Shown piece by piece: positions 51,206 through 64,000 of a stretch of 64,000 nucleotides of DNA (the first letter of the stretch is position 1; every line of letters begins with the position of its first letter). The notes below the pieces were generated by a model. It was not told the origin of the DNA. It searched no databases and saw only the letters and a program-made list of their open reading frames with translations. The DNA comes from Octopus sinensis (taxonomy: Eukaryota). A program made the position numbers and the translations under genes. The stretch lies in contig NC_043008.1 of NCBI RefSeq assembly GCF_006345805.1, forward strand, positions 22,196,001 through 22,260,000, read 5' to 3'.

Positions 51206-52181
51206 TATTCCACCAAATTTAAATGGTGATACTGATGAAACGAATATCACCCAATATATAACTGGTATTAAATTTATACAACAGGTATTTGTTAGAAAAA
51301 ATAACACCAACATTTAGGATTTCTTTTTCTTCTTCTTGTCATCCTTCTCTTCCTATTGCTCTTCTCCTTATTCATCTTCTTATCCTCCTCCTCCTCCTCT
51401 TTTCCTCCCCTGCACTTCCTTCACTTCTTCCTCATTCTTCTCATACTTCTCCTACTCCTTTGTATTCCTCTTTTTCTACTTTCACTTCTTCTCCTCCTCC
51501 TTCTGCTTCTTATCCTCCATCTCCTCCTCCTCCTTCTTCTCATTCTTGTCCTCCACCTCCTTCTTGTTCCTCCCTTACGAGCTGGAGTCAAGAGAGTGCC
51601 ATCATTACTTATAGCATATCTTGGACATTCTCTAGACCTGGCCTTAGCCAATCCTTCTCCACCTCTAAACATAGCCAACTTCTTTTAGAGAGAGTGAGAA
51701 AGAAAGTAGCAAAGACAGAAAAATCAACCTGAGTCCTAGATTGGTACTTTATTTATCAACCCTGAAAAAATAAACAACAAACTTACTTTGGATGGGATTT
51801 GAACTCAGAATGCAGGGATCCATAAAAACACCATAAGGCACTCTGTCCAACACATTCTTGACTGTGCCAGTGCAACACTATCAAATTCTAAAGTGCTAAG
51901 GGAAGAATTCTCAGAAGAAATTTAGATAAAAATTTTTCCTGATATTTTTAGCATTTTTCATTTTATCTTCAGTTACATGTTTCAGTCATTGGACTATGGC
52001 CATGCTGGGGCACCACCTTGAAGGGTTTTGTCACACAAATCCCCCACAGAACTTCCAGTACTTAGTTTCCCTTAAAGTCTGGTGATATTTATTCTATCAG
52101 TCTCTTTGAATCACCAAGTTACAAAGACGTAAACAAACCAACACTGGCTGTCAAATAGGAGTGGTGAAGACAAACACAAAT

Positions 52182-52239
<58 letters not shown>

Positions 52240-52240
<1 letters not shown>

Positions 52241-52635
52241 AAGTTGGACTTCATTTCAAATCCTGAAATACAACATGGCTACTACATCATAAACTCTCTG
52301 CAACATACTCTAATCACAAGACATCCAAGGTGGCTTGGCCATACACTCTGCCAGCCTCTGGGGGAATTCATTCACAAGGCTCTTCTCCCAGGCTGGTGCA
52401 AACAAGCTGGAGGGCAACTGAAGATGTAGCTGGTGACAGTAAAGGTGGATGTAGAAGCACAATCGGGGTCCCTGCATCTATGGTCTTCAGCAGTGGAACT
52501 GGATAGAGTATCCATTGCAATCTTGACTTTGGCTGACCATCAGATTTGTGATCAGCATCCCTGAGCAACATGGTGAACCTGTTGGTCAGAGCTGGATCAA
52601 CCCATTCCAGCTGAATGCCACCACAACTACAAATA
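52240..52635 (+). mobile_element. Decayed RTE-clade ORF2 C-terminus (a different family from the (ATG)n-tailed one)
   Basis: RHPRWLGHTL..PLGEFIHKALLPGWCKQAGGQLKM*LVTVKVDVE resembles RTE RWLGH..W....GGQ.KTW..TVK.D. Confidence 0.65.
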
Positions 52636-53279
52636 GATACAAGTTGGCTGCTGTTAGATTTGAACACAGAATACAAAAAGCCAGAACAAATACCATTTCC
52701 TTCAATCCACTCTCCTTAAACTTGTACATTCTTCAGCAACCTTCAGAAGGAGAAGAGGCAAAGTTGATTAAATTACAGTTCAATGAAGTAATTAACTCTC
52801 TGAGTGTTGAGTGCTTTTTTGTTTTTTCTTAAATGAAATCTTAGCTAGACACTTAAAAAAAGGCCAATAAATTTTGATTAATTAAAGATGCACAAGTAGG
52901 AGAAGAAAGAATTATTAGCTTAATGAGCAGTTTTGGTAAAACAAGGCAGAAAGATATAGTCCTGAAATTCTAATTAATTAAAATCAGTTAAAACCAATTA
53001 AAAATAAAATGTGGATAATGTAATGAGAAAAGAGTTAAAATTTGATCTCAGTAGTACAGTGATGCAGAGACAACTTTGTACATGTTTCAGTCTTGTTAGA
53101 CCTCTTCAGCTAAATATAATCTTTATCAGTACTGCCATGCATGACTTGGCTTCAGAGAGTTTGGTTCAGTAAATGAATGCTTTTTTGCCACGTGGACAAC
53201 CTACGTTTGATTTCTAGTCAATGCAATTATGGTTTTTAATGATGGTGCCCCAGCATGACCACAGCCCCTGACTGAAACC

Positions 53280-53281
53280 AG

Positions 53282-53322
<41 letters not shown>

Positions 53323-53329
53323 GTGATGG

Positions 53330-53363
<34 letters not shown>

Positions 53364-54371
53364 AATGGTGATGATGATGAAACACTGAGTGATGTGTTAT
53401 CTTGAAATAAGGAGGGAAGGGATTAAAAGACAATCCAGGGAGCTGCTCTGCAAGGAAACTAAATAGCTAAGTCCATGCCCTTATTCTTAACACAGGGAAC
53501 TAAGATTACATCTGTAGTAAGAAGAAAGAGAGAGAGAGAGAGAGAAGCATAATCTTAATGGCCAATTCTACTGAAGGTATTTTGACCCTTTTTTTAGATT
53601 TTGCACCAATTAGTCAAGGAAGAAGAGACAGTACTCATGAATCCATTTTTTTTGTTTCCTAGTGCCCCCGCCCCCCGCCCGCTGCCTAGATTGGTAGGAA
53701 GAAAGGAGGCAGTTATCTTCAATCTGGAGACTTAGTCTAAATGTTAGTGATGGAGATGGTGGTTATGGTGATGGAGGTGGTGGTGCTGGTGAGGAGTTCT
53801 GGTGGTGTGGGTTGTGATAGTGGTGGTGGAGGTACTGGTGTGGATAGTAATGATGATGGTGGTGGTGGTGGTGGTGGTGGTGGTGGTGACGGAGGTACTG
53901 GTAGTTGTGTTTGTGGTGGTGGAGGTGATAATGATGACACCAATGGCAGTGTGAATGGTGATGACAAGGAGGAGGGTGGTAATGATGATGCCGTCAACAA
54001 CCATGATGATGAGGGTGAGGTGAAGGAGGAGAAAGATTACAACAACAACAACAATGACAATGATGACGATGATGGTGATGATGATGATGACAGCAATGGC
54101 TGTGATGAGTCCTAAGTAGGATAAAAGCTACTCACAAATCCTCTCCTGTTTCAACAGTGTTTGTTGGTCAATATTTCAGATGACCAATCGTTCTGAGACA
54201 CAAGCTATATTTAGAAACATACACTGCCATATAGTAGTAGTAGTGTGGTGGTGGTGGTGGTGGTGGTGGTGGTGGTGGTGGTGGCAGTGGCGGCGGCCGC
54301 GCTGGTGGTGGCAATGGCAGTGGTAGCTGCAGCAGCAATAGAGGTGGAGGTCATGGTGGTGGCGACGGCGA

Positions 54372-54403
<32 letters not shown>

Positions 54404-54470
54404 TTGTGGTGGTGATGGTGGTGGTGGTGGTACTAGTAGAAGTAGTAGTAGTAGCAGCAGCAGCAGCTTT
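53280..54470. repeat. (GAT)n, (GGT)n and (AGT)n low-complexity tracts
   Basis: Trinucleotide repeats at 53281-53380, 53740-54110 and 54232-54468. Confidence 0.9.
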
Positions 54471-54682
54471 GTTATTCCATAAATCTTTGTCCCAATCTCA
54501 TCAATTATGTCAGATTCACTTTTTATTAATGTATTTATTAGTTAATTAATTAATTAATTAATTATTTGATTAATTTGTTTATCTATTGTTTGTTGTTTGT
54601 TTTTTTTGTTAACAATTTGATCCTCTAGTCAAGACTGATTGGGCTTGTACAGTCATTTTCTCAATTGCCCCATCTGTAAAGG

Positions 54683-55265
54683 CTTGTGGCTCAGTGGTTA
54701 GGGATGTTCGGCTACCAATCATATGATCATGAGTTCAATTCCTGGTGATGCGGTGCATTATGTCCTTGAGCAAGACACTTTATGTTGCTCCAGTTCACCC
54801 AGCTGGCAAAAATAAGTTGCACCTGTATTTCAATGGGCCAGCCTTGTCATATTCTGTGTCATGGTGAATCTTTCAGAGAACTACATTAAGGGTACATGTA
54901 ATTCTTTACTACCCACAAGGGGCTAAACATAGAGGGGACAAACAAGGACAGACAAAGGGATTAAGTCGATTACATCGACACCAGTGCGAAACTGGTACTT
55001 TATTTATCGACCCCGAAAGGATGAAAGGCAAAGTCAACCTCGGCGGAATTTGAACTCAGAACGTAACAACAGACGAAATACCACTAAGCATTTCACCTGG
55101 CGCGCTAATGTTTCTGCCATCTCACCACCTTGTAAGGGTACATGTGTCTGTGGAGTACTCAGCCACATGGTTTTTAAGTGTTAATTTCATGAGCAGGGTG
55201 TTTTGTTGGTCGGATCAGCTGGATCACTCTTCGTCTTAACTGATGGAGAGCTGGTCAATCACCCT
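54683..55265 (+). mobile_element. SINE C interrupted by a minus-strand SINE B (54903-55130)
   Basis: AAGGGTACATGT is present on both sides of the B copy (TSD-like). Confidence 0.8.
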
Positions 55266-55349
55266 GTCCATCGTTATTCTGTTTTGTCTTCAGGAGGGCA
55301 ACAAAAGCAACATCCTGTGTTTGCACAGAGATGGTTAATGAACACTCTC

Positions 55350-55577
55350 TTTACTTGTTTCAGTCATTTGACTGCGGCCATGCTGGAGCACCGCCTTTAG
55401 TCGAGCAAATCAACCCCGGGACTTATTCTTTGTAAGCCCAGTACTTATTCTATCGGTCTCTTTTGCCGACCCGCTAAGTGACGGGAACGTAAACACACTA
55501 GCATCGGTTGTCAAGCAATGCTAGGGGGACAAACACAGACACACAAACACACACACATACACACACACACACACATA

Positions 55578-55621
<44 letters not shown>

Positions 55622-55782
55622 CGACAGGCTTCTTTCAGTTTCCGTCTACCAAATCCACTCACAAGGCATTGGTCGGCCCGAGGCTATAGCAGAAGACACT
55701 TGCCCAAGATGCCACGCAGTGGGACTGAACCCGGAACCATGTGGCTGGTAAGCAAGCTACTTACCACACAGCCACTCCTGCA
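55350..55782 (-). mobile_element. SINE family A, full length
   Basis: Reverse complement of family A. Confidence 0.9.
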
Positions 55783-56024
55783 CTTTTCTTTTATCTTTTA
55801 CTGTTTCAGTCATTAGACTGTGGTCATGCTGGGGCACCATCTTGAAGAATTTTAGTCGAATGAATTGACCCCAGTACTTATTTTTTAAACCATCATTTGT
55901 GCTGAAAACAGTGTCACACATGACTACATTGATGAGAGAATGGTTAGAAGTGCCACTGCAAGAATCTGAAGAGCTCCAAAAATTTTGAGAATGCAATTTC
56001 TGTATCTTTAATGTTCACAGCCTC

Positions 56025-56307
56025 AACGCGTGTGTGCACGTGTGTGTGTGTGTGTGTGTGTGTCTGTGTGTGTCTGTTTGGCTGTGTGTCCATGTGTTTG
56101 TGTCTGTGTATATGTCTCTGTGTGTGTCTGTGTGTGTTTATTTGAGTGTGCATCTGTGTGTGTATCTGTGTGTCTGTGCATGTGTTCCTGTGTGTGTGTA
56201 TGTGTCTGTATCTTTGTGTCTGTGCATGTGTTCCTGTGTGTGTGTATGTGTCTGTATCTTTGTGTGTGTGTGTGTGTATCTGTGTGTGTGCCTGTGTGTG
56301 TTTATAT

Positions 56308-56346
<39 letters not shown>

Positions 56347-56365
56347 CGTGTGTGTGTGTGCATGT
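56025..56365. repeat. (TG)n-derived tract with a (GC)n patch
   Basis: Alternating purine-pyrimidine sequence. Confidence 0.9.
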
Positions 56366-56371
56366 TTATTC

Positions 56372-56830
56372 ACGATTACTTGCACTTTCATGTTCAAATT
56401 CTTCAAAAATCATCTCAAAAAGTTTAATGGATTTTTGTTTTCAATTAAAATTGGATTGGAAGTCATCTAACTGCATTTTTATATCTCTTAATTCCAACCA
56501 TTCAAACACTTCTAATTTCAGGCCTACAGAATCTGTTCTAATAAATATTCTTTCATATTTCTCCAAGTCTCTGAAGTGCTCCAATCTAGAAGAAAACTGC
56601 TTAGGCATGGTCTTTAGAGATTCTTTAACCTGCTCCACTTGTTCACGATTTTTACAGATGGTTTCTTCAAAAACCCTCTCACCCCTTGGGAAGTACTTGA
56701 AACTTTATTTTCTAAATCCTGTTGAAATATGTTTTGAGTTTTCTCTCAAAATTTTAGATCAAACCATACATTACATTAATCAGTTTTCCAAATATTTTGT
56801 AAATTAATGTCAAAGTCATTTAGATGGACA
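56372..56830 (-). mobile_element. Decayed hAT (Charlie/GTF2IRD2-like) transposase fragment
   Basis: FERKLK..QQDLENKSFKYFP...QFSSRLEHFRDLE..FI..D.....MQLDDFQSN resembles the hAT F..KL.LF...HFP / F..RF.DF / LIDLQ region. Confidence 0.6.
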
Positions 56831-56864
56831 AAATTTTCCAACATGCAAGTCGAATTTTTCACTC

Positions 56865-57262
56865 TTTACTCTTTTACTCTTTTACTTGTTTCAGTCATTT
56901 GACTGCGGCCATGCTGGAGCACCGCCTTTAGTCGAGCAACTCGACCCCGGCACTTATTCTTTGTAAGCCCAGTACTTATACTATCGGTCTGTTTTGCCGA
57001 ACCACTAAGTGACGGGGACGTAAACACACCAGCATCAGTGTTCATGCAATGCTAGGGGGACAAACACAGACACACAAAATCACACACATATATATATATA
57101 TATACAATGGGCTTCTTTCAGTTTCCGTCTACCAAATCCACTCACAGGGCTTTGGTTGACCCGAGGCTATAGTAGAAGACACTTGCCCATGGTGCCACGC
57201 AGTGGGACTGAACCCCGAACCATGTGGTTGGTAAACAAGCTACTTACCACACAGCCACTCCT
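56865..57262 (-). mobile_element. SINE family A
   Basis: Reverse complement of family A. Confidence 0.9.
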
Positions 57263-57384
57263 AAAAAATGTAGGCTGGCCTAATTATATAGACAACTTTG
57301 AAGGACTGAAAATCTCATGTGAAATGCAGCAAGAATCAGAAATATGGTGATGACGCTTAAATGTTTACGTTATACACTAACAGC

Positions 57385-57860
57385 CCCAGCCCATTCAAAG
57401 TACCTTTGGATCGTAGGATGACCTGTTGTGCTTACCTTGAATCGTAGGGTGACCTGCTGTGCTTGAGGAGACCTATTGAGTCAAGTACATCAACATCAAA
57501 ATAGAAATCAAATGGAAATTGTAGTTGCAATACCCATGCCAGTGGCATGTGAAAAGCACTATCCAAATGTGGCCGATGCCAGCACTGCATTAACTGGCTT
57601 CCGTGCTGGTGGCATGTAAAAAGCATCGACTGATCATGGTCATTGCCAGCCTCCTCTGGCCCCTGTGCTGGTGGCATGTAAAAAAGCTTTCACTACACTT
57701 ACAGAGTGGTTGGCATTAGGAAGGGCATCCAGCTGTAGAAACACTACCAGATCAGACTGGAGCCTGGTGCAGCCTCCTGGCTTCCCAGACCCCAGTTGAA
57801 CCGTCCAACCCATGCTAGCATGAAAAACGGACGTTAAACGATGATGATGAGGAGGAGGAT
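57385..57860 (+). mobile_element. RTE 3' end including the ORF2 stop region
   Basis: GACCTGCTGTGCTTGAGGAGACC (..AVLEET..), subrepeats, core and (ATG)n tail. Confidence 0.75.
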
Positions 57861-58594
57861 GATCCTACATGGATTTGTATGCTAGGAAATACAGTAATTA
57901 AGCAACTGTGGGAAACATAAGTATAACATGTTAAGCAAAATTATTTAGTTGAAAAATATCATACTTCATGCTTTACATATCTAAAGATAGTGCAACAGGG
58001 AACCCTCCAGCCCTCCTCATCCAGACGAACTGGTTGAGGTTGCTGGTTTATTTGCCAACAGCCCAAACATAACTGGGGGTCGGGTACAGATTGCATGGTT
58101 ATTGTAACAGCCTTAGCTGATCAGGGTTCAAACAAACATCTAAAGATAATCTGATATCCATTTAAGCCTTCAGAAAGAAATCATTCAAGTACTTGACCAC
58201 AACTCGACCACCAACCATTATTGGACATTAGAATGGAATTGTCAACCGGCTTGACTTCATTCAAAAGTAAATTAAATTCTCGTTATGCAAAGCTGTGACA
58301 GCCATCAAATTAATAAGCTTTATCACACAGCTCCCATCACATCATTAAAGTCTCTGATGCCTACTTTCACACACAATGCTTCCTGATGTATAACACAAGG
58401 CAAATAAACTATGGGATTACCAACGGATTCTGTGAATTACTTGACTAAGTGACTTTTAATTCATTGGTTTTAATGTGAGGAATGACATCATTAGACAAAA
58501 CTAAAACGTAAAAATTCTGAGATTTTGTTTTCAAGTTTTAAGATTTTGTGTCAAATTTAGAAAGCTTTCTTTATTTTCATAACATGATATTATT

Positions 58595-58940
58595 CTTTTA
58601 CTCTTTTACTTGTTTCAGTCATTTGGCTGTGGCCATGCTGGAGCACCGCCTTTAGTCGAGCAAATTGACCCCAGGACTTATTCTTTGTAAGCTTAGTACT
58701 TATTCTATCGGTCTCTTTTGCCAAACCGCTAAGTTACGGGGACATAAGCATACCAGCATCGGTTATCAAGTGATGTTGGGAGGACAAACACACACACACA
58801 CACACACAAACATACATATATACAACTGGCTTCTTTCAGTTTCCATCTACCAAATCCACTCACAAGGCTTTGGTCGACCCAAGGCTATAGTAGAAGACAC
58901 TTGCCCAAGGTGCCACACAATGGGACTGAACCCGGAACCA
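58595..58940 (-). mobile_element. SINE family A
   Basis: Reverse complement of family A. Confidence 0.85.
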
Positions 58941-59239
58941 GATGAGTTTTTTTAAAAAACCCTTATGTGTGACCTAAAAGGCTGTAGCATATCACTTATT
59001 TGTTCAGGGCTATAGTATATGACACTTGCCCAAGGTGCCAGGCAGTGGGACTGAACCTGAGACTTCAGCTTCTGTACAGTTTCTGTCAACCAAATTCACT
59101 CACAGACCGTTGATCAACCCAGTACTATAGCAGAAGATATTGTGTAATGGAATCAAACTTGGAAACAAACTGCCACAAAACAACCCTCATAATGACTCTG
59201 CTTTGCCAGCACAGGAATAATTCCAAGATAACCGAAATC

Positions 59240-59950
59240 CTTTCTACTATAGGCACAAGGCCTGAAATTGTTGGGAAAGGGACTAGTTGATTACACCAGC
59301 CCCAGTACTGAACTCATTCTTATTTATCAATCCCAAAATGGTGAAAGTCAAAGCTGACCTCAGTAGAGTTTGAACTCAGGACGTAGAGAGTGAGAAGAAA
59401 TGTTGCTAAGTATTTTGTCTGGCCCATTAACAATTCCTCCCACTCCCTGCCTTTATATAAAACTAAAATTAAATCCAGAATTTTCATTTTCTTTTTAAAA
59501 TATTACCCTTTGCTTTCACAAGAAAAAAAATCTTATTTATCTAATTAAAAATAATCATTTCTACTTTAGACACAAGGCCTGGAATTTTAGGGGAGGGGGT
59601 AATTCGATCACATCGACCTCAGTACTTGACTGGTACTTAATTTATCAACCCCAAAAGGACAAAAGTCAAAGTTGACCTCAGTGGAATTTGAACTCAGAAC
59701 ATAGCAGCAGACAAAATACCTATTTCTTTATTGCCCACAAGAGGCTAAAAAGAGGGGACAAATAAGGACAGACAAACAGATTAAGTTGATTACATTGTCC
59801 CCAGTGCATAACTGGTACTTAATTTATCGACTCCGAAAGGATGAAAGGCAAAGTCGACCTTGGCGGAATTTGAACTCAGAACATAGCAGCAGACAAAATA
59901 CCACTAAGCATTTCACCCATCATACTAACGATTCTGTCAGCTTGCAGCCT
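59240..59950 (-). mobile_element. SINE B cluster including a composite dimer with both tail types
   Basis: See finding at 59565. Confidence 0.75.
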
Positions 59951-60319
59951 TTATCTAATTAAAAATAACACACAGCTAATTGCTACGGAAAAAATTAGAG
60001 TAAACAAAAACGATTTACTTTAAGTGAAAGTTACCACTTGTTGAACTTCAGAATATTTACATGAACATATGAGTGATAATTTCCAATGAGATTCACTGTT
60101 GCAAAGAAAAAAAAGAAAAAAATGCCTTTTTATAAACGTGTCAAAATTTATTAGCTAAATGAGTTTCAAGAAGAATGTTTCGAAAGTTCTCATTGACCTC
60201 ATAAATAAATAAATTCACGCGAGACAAACAAATCAGAAAAGAAGATAAAAATATTGAAAACAAAAAAAAAACATACTCTAAACATTACAAAATACAACTG
60301 CAAAAAACCAGCAGAGTAA

Positions 60320-60390
<71 letters not shown>

Positions 60391-60392
<2 letters not shown>

Positions 60393-60950
60393 GCCCTGAT
60401 GCAGTACCAGGCAGTGGCTCTCATGGCTTCTGATCTTAACTGATTGGAAGTGTTATCATGTACATTGTTTTGTCTTGGTATAAAAGATGGGCTACAGCAA
60501 ATATTCTGCTCAATACCACAGATTTGCTTGTCAGTTGTTTGACCTTAACCAGTTGAGCATGTCCCTTCGTGGCTGACAATATGTGCATCTCTGATCACGA
60601 GCAGAAGTAGTGGGGGAGCATCATAGCCATGTGTTGAGAGGGATTCTTTGGGGTTTGAATAGTTCACCTCTGGAAACATGGGTGGTTCTTTCAACATCCT
60701 TAAACAACCCTTATTCAGGGACCGTTTGAGCGGGATGGGCTACTCAATCTGAAGAAAATTCTAACTGGGCCCCACCTGCAAGGTCATGTGCTGTTTTCTT
60801 GATATGAGATCACCATGTCGCGCACATATGGTTGTGATGCATGTGCCTGGTGTACCTTTATCAGACGGGTAGTCATGATGGGTATATTGGGCTTCGTATA
60901 TTTTACCCCAGTGTCACTTTGATGGCATGAACTGCTCTCTCACTCAATAA
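60391..60950 (+). mobile_element. (TAA)n-flanked ~560-bp ORF-less element, full-length copy
   Basis: (AAT)n-GCCCTGATGCAGTACCAGG...CTCTCTCACTC-(AAT)n; three copies in the window. Confidence 0.85.
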
Positions 60951-60971
60951 TAATAATAATAATAATAATAG

Positions 60972-62995
60972 GGTGAAGAGAAAGGGAATCAATGTTGTGA
61001 TTGAGGAATTAAAACAGAGGTTGAAAGCTAAAGCACATAAACTAAAGAGATATGAACAGAGAATTGAGCAATACAGATAAAACAGGCTTTTCAAACAAAA
61101 TCAGAAACAAGTCTATCAGGAACTGGATGGGAAAGAAAAAGGTGAAAGAGCTGTGCCGGATGCTGTAGAAAGTAGAAGATTCTGGTCAAACATATGGTTT
61201 CAGGTGAAACAGCATAAAACTGAAGCACAGTGGTTAAAGACACTCAAAGAGGAGAGTGAAGAGTATCAGCAGGAGGAACTGAGAATAACCGAGAGAATGA
61301 TTAGAGTTCAGTGCAGAAAAATTCCTAACTGGAAAGCACCTGGCCCAGATGGGGTTTTGGGTCAAAAACTTGACAGCTCTGCACAGGAGAATTACAAGAC
61401 AGCTGGATGAAATACTGAGTACTAACGTTCAAGTACCGGCCTGGATGACAAAAGGAAGAACAGTACTATGCCTGAATGACCTAAGTAAAGGGAATGCAGT
61501 TGGAAATTTCTGACCAATATCTTGTTTGCCACTGATGGGGAAACTGATGATGGGTAACATATCAAACAGCATCTATAAGTATCTAAATGAGAATGATCTG
61601 CTACCAGTGGAACAAAAAGAGTGTAGATGTAAGAGCAGAGGAACGAAGGATTAATTACTAATCGATAAGTCTATCCTGGCTGATTGCAAGATGAGACATA
61701 AAAATTTGGTGATGGCATGGGTGAACTACAGGAAAGCATATGACATGGTCCCACACTCATGGATTATTGAATGCCTTAAACTGCTTAAGGTCTCACACAA
61801 TATCCTGAAGCTAATACAAAACTCAACGACACCATAGTGAACTGAACTCACAGCATGGAGAGATAAGCTAGGAGAGGTAAATATCAAAAGAGGAATCTTT
61901 CAGGGGGACAGTCTGTCACCTCTCCTATTTGTTGTCTGTATACTGCTAACAAGCATTTTAAGAAAGATGCGTGTGGGGTACATACTAGACAGAGTGATAG
62001 TAAACAACCTGTGGTTTATGAATGACATAAAGCTATTCGCTAAGACTGAGAAAGATATTGAGAGTTTGACGACAACTGTGCAGATGATTAGCAAGATATT
62101 GGCATGGAATTTGGGATCAAGAAACGTGGTGTAATGATTTTCAAAAAGGGGACAAATCAGTTAAAGCCAAGGGATCAAGTTGGAAAGTGGTGAAACTATA
62201 AGAGAAGTCGGAGAGGAAGGATGTAAGTACCTGGGTGTGATTGAAAGAGATAAGATGAATGAACACAAGATGAAAGAAATGTACAGGAAAGAGTACTTGA
62301 GGAGAACTTGGTTTGTACTCTAATCGAAGCTAAATGGCTGCTATAAGATTAGAGCAATTAACACGTGGGCTGTTGCTTTGATGAAATATGGGGCAAGAAT
62401 AGTATCTTGGAAGAAGAATGAATTACAAGAGATAGACCAGAGAACATGTAAATTAATGTCAAGATTGTATGTAAAGAGGGAAGAAGGGGCATGTGGATTG
62501 GTGTGTTGTGAAGGTTGTGTAAGGGAAGAGAAGAATAGCCTGTCAAGGGGAGTAAAGAAGTAAAGATTGAAGCAGTAAAAATGCATGGAACCTTAAAAGT
62601 GAACAAAGCTGTAGATACAATAAGATTTAAGAAAGACCAGAGAGAGCAGATGAAGAAAATTTGGCAGGACAAGAAAATGCACAGTCAGTTCTTGAAGAAT
62701 AAAGACAAGATTGATTGGAACAGAACCTGGAAATAGCTGCAGAAAGGAGACTCACAAGGATCCACTGTGGCATTAGTGTGCAACACTCAAGAACAAACTC
62801 TCAGAACAAACTACTTCAATTATCACATTGATAAAAGCACTGACTTGCCACAGCGTAGGATGTGCTCTGAGAAGAGAGAAAGTATAAGCCATATTCTTAG
62901 TGTGGGCTGTAAGCTGGCACTACATGAAGATAAAAGGAGACACGACAAAGTGGTCAAATATGTCCACTGGCTGTTGACCAGTAAAGCAGACCTTG
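60972..62995 (+). mobile_element. Decayed R4/Dong-type retrotransposon RT region, truncated at both ends
   Basis: [120 protein letters not shown]; many stops and frameshifts. Confidence 0.9.
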
Positions 62996-63009
62996 CTATT
63001 ATTGTTATG

Positions 63010-63055
<46 letters not shown>

Positions 63056-63078
63056 TAATAATAATAATAATAATAACC

Positions 63079-64000
63079 AGGGACATTTAAGATGTAAGAA
63101 GGAAAAGGAGAACACCGGGGACATTTAAGATGTAAGAAGGAAAATACAGAGCTCCGAAATCTATCCACAAACATCGAAAACAAGGACATCCTATGGAGCC
63201 AAAGATTTACTAACAAAGAATTGGACTGTATCTGAGTAAGTAATACTAATTGAAATTTATTACTATTTTCGAAACGAAATGATGTATTTTGACTCGATAT
63301 TATCTCCACCTCTAACACAACACATGTAAACATGCGTGGAACATCACGATCATCCCCGACCTCAAACACCATGTACAAAGGAACTACGAAGAAATTAAAT
63401 GCCACCGATACTATTCAACCCAGAATAACAATCGAGCGGTACGTACATTAAACTTACAACAAAAAATGTACGAAAAACTACACGTGCGAAATAATGTGAC
63501 AACAGAAATAAACGGACCGGTACCCTACGAAAATGACGACCGTCAAAATAATGGGCCGGACGTTGTACCTCATGTCCCGCAAATAAAACCCAAAAGACGT
63601 AAATGGACACGTGAGGAATACATTTCTATCTTACACGCATACTTCACAGCAATGCTCTACCCAAAAAATGAAAATACAACAACACATACATATAAAATAT
63701 GGAAGGAAAATAATAGAGATATAGACTTGGATACAGCAATGAACCCTAATAAATTAGCTAACGTACGAAGATACATTCTCAAAGCCAAAAGAATATCAGA
63801 AATAGAAATAGAACATTTAAAAGAAAAAATTCACCAGGAAAATGTAGATAGAAGCCACACAACAATGTCCAATAATATAAACACTGAAACTGTAAAACAC
63901 GAAGACAAACGCAACATTCCCAACAAACACGATGTAAACAACGAAGGGAGCCTAATGATTATGATAATATAAAAAATAAAATAATCAAAGAACTGAAAAC
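63079..64000 (+). mobile_element. 5' end of a second R4/Dong-type element (runs off the window)
   Basis: Starts after (AAT)n. The ORF has KRRKWTREEYISILHAYF..YKIWKE..MNPNKLANVRRYILK..EIE, resembling the R4/Dong N-terminus; probable frameshifts near 63460 and 63950. Confidence 0.7.

Noticed and set aside
1946-56470. Most long ORF-track entries (poly-Y/I, poly-H/P/T/V, poly-D/M, LS-rich, CV-rich)
   Set aside because: They are translations of stop-free microsatellites, with no domain content or splice support
58230-58400. Faint LINE RT C-terminal resemblance (AIKLIS..SL)
   Set aside because: Too degraded to assign
60391-60780. HDV-like ribozyme fold in the 560-bp element
   Set aside because: I could not assemble the nested double pseudoknot by eye; it needs a computational search

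Overview
This is an AT-rich, CpG-poor eukaryotic genomic window. The repeat repertoire is most consistent with an octopus or other coleoid cephalopod (inference). It contains no prokaryotic genes, rRNA, true tRNA or CRISPR arrays, and nearly all long entries in the ORF track are translations of microsatellites. Contents: (1) very dense microsatellites and minisatellites; (2) three tRNA-derived SINE families, labelled A, B and C here; (3) many 5'-truncated RTE LINE 3' ends with (ATG)n tails; (4) R4/Dong-type RT/restriction-like-endonuclease retrotransposon pieces in (TAA)n tracts, plus a ~560-bp ORF-less (TAA)n-associated element; (5) decayed Tc1, mariner, maT-like and hAT transposases; (6) short (TA)n-embedded hairpin elements, some carrying hammerhead-ribozyme motifs, one apparently intact with a compensatory U3-A8 core pair (27665-27707); (7) a U6 snRNA retrocopy fused to an RTE 3' end (45716-46108); (8) a phase-compatible chain of small minus-strand candidate exons (26171 to 17367) of an unidentified gene; (9) several local duplications and a probable templated insertion. 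Repeat boundaries were read by eye and are approximate (+/-20 bp). The family labels A, B and C are mine.
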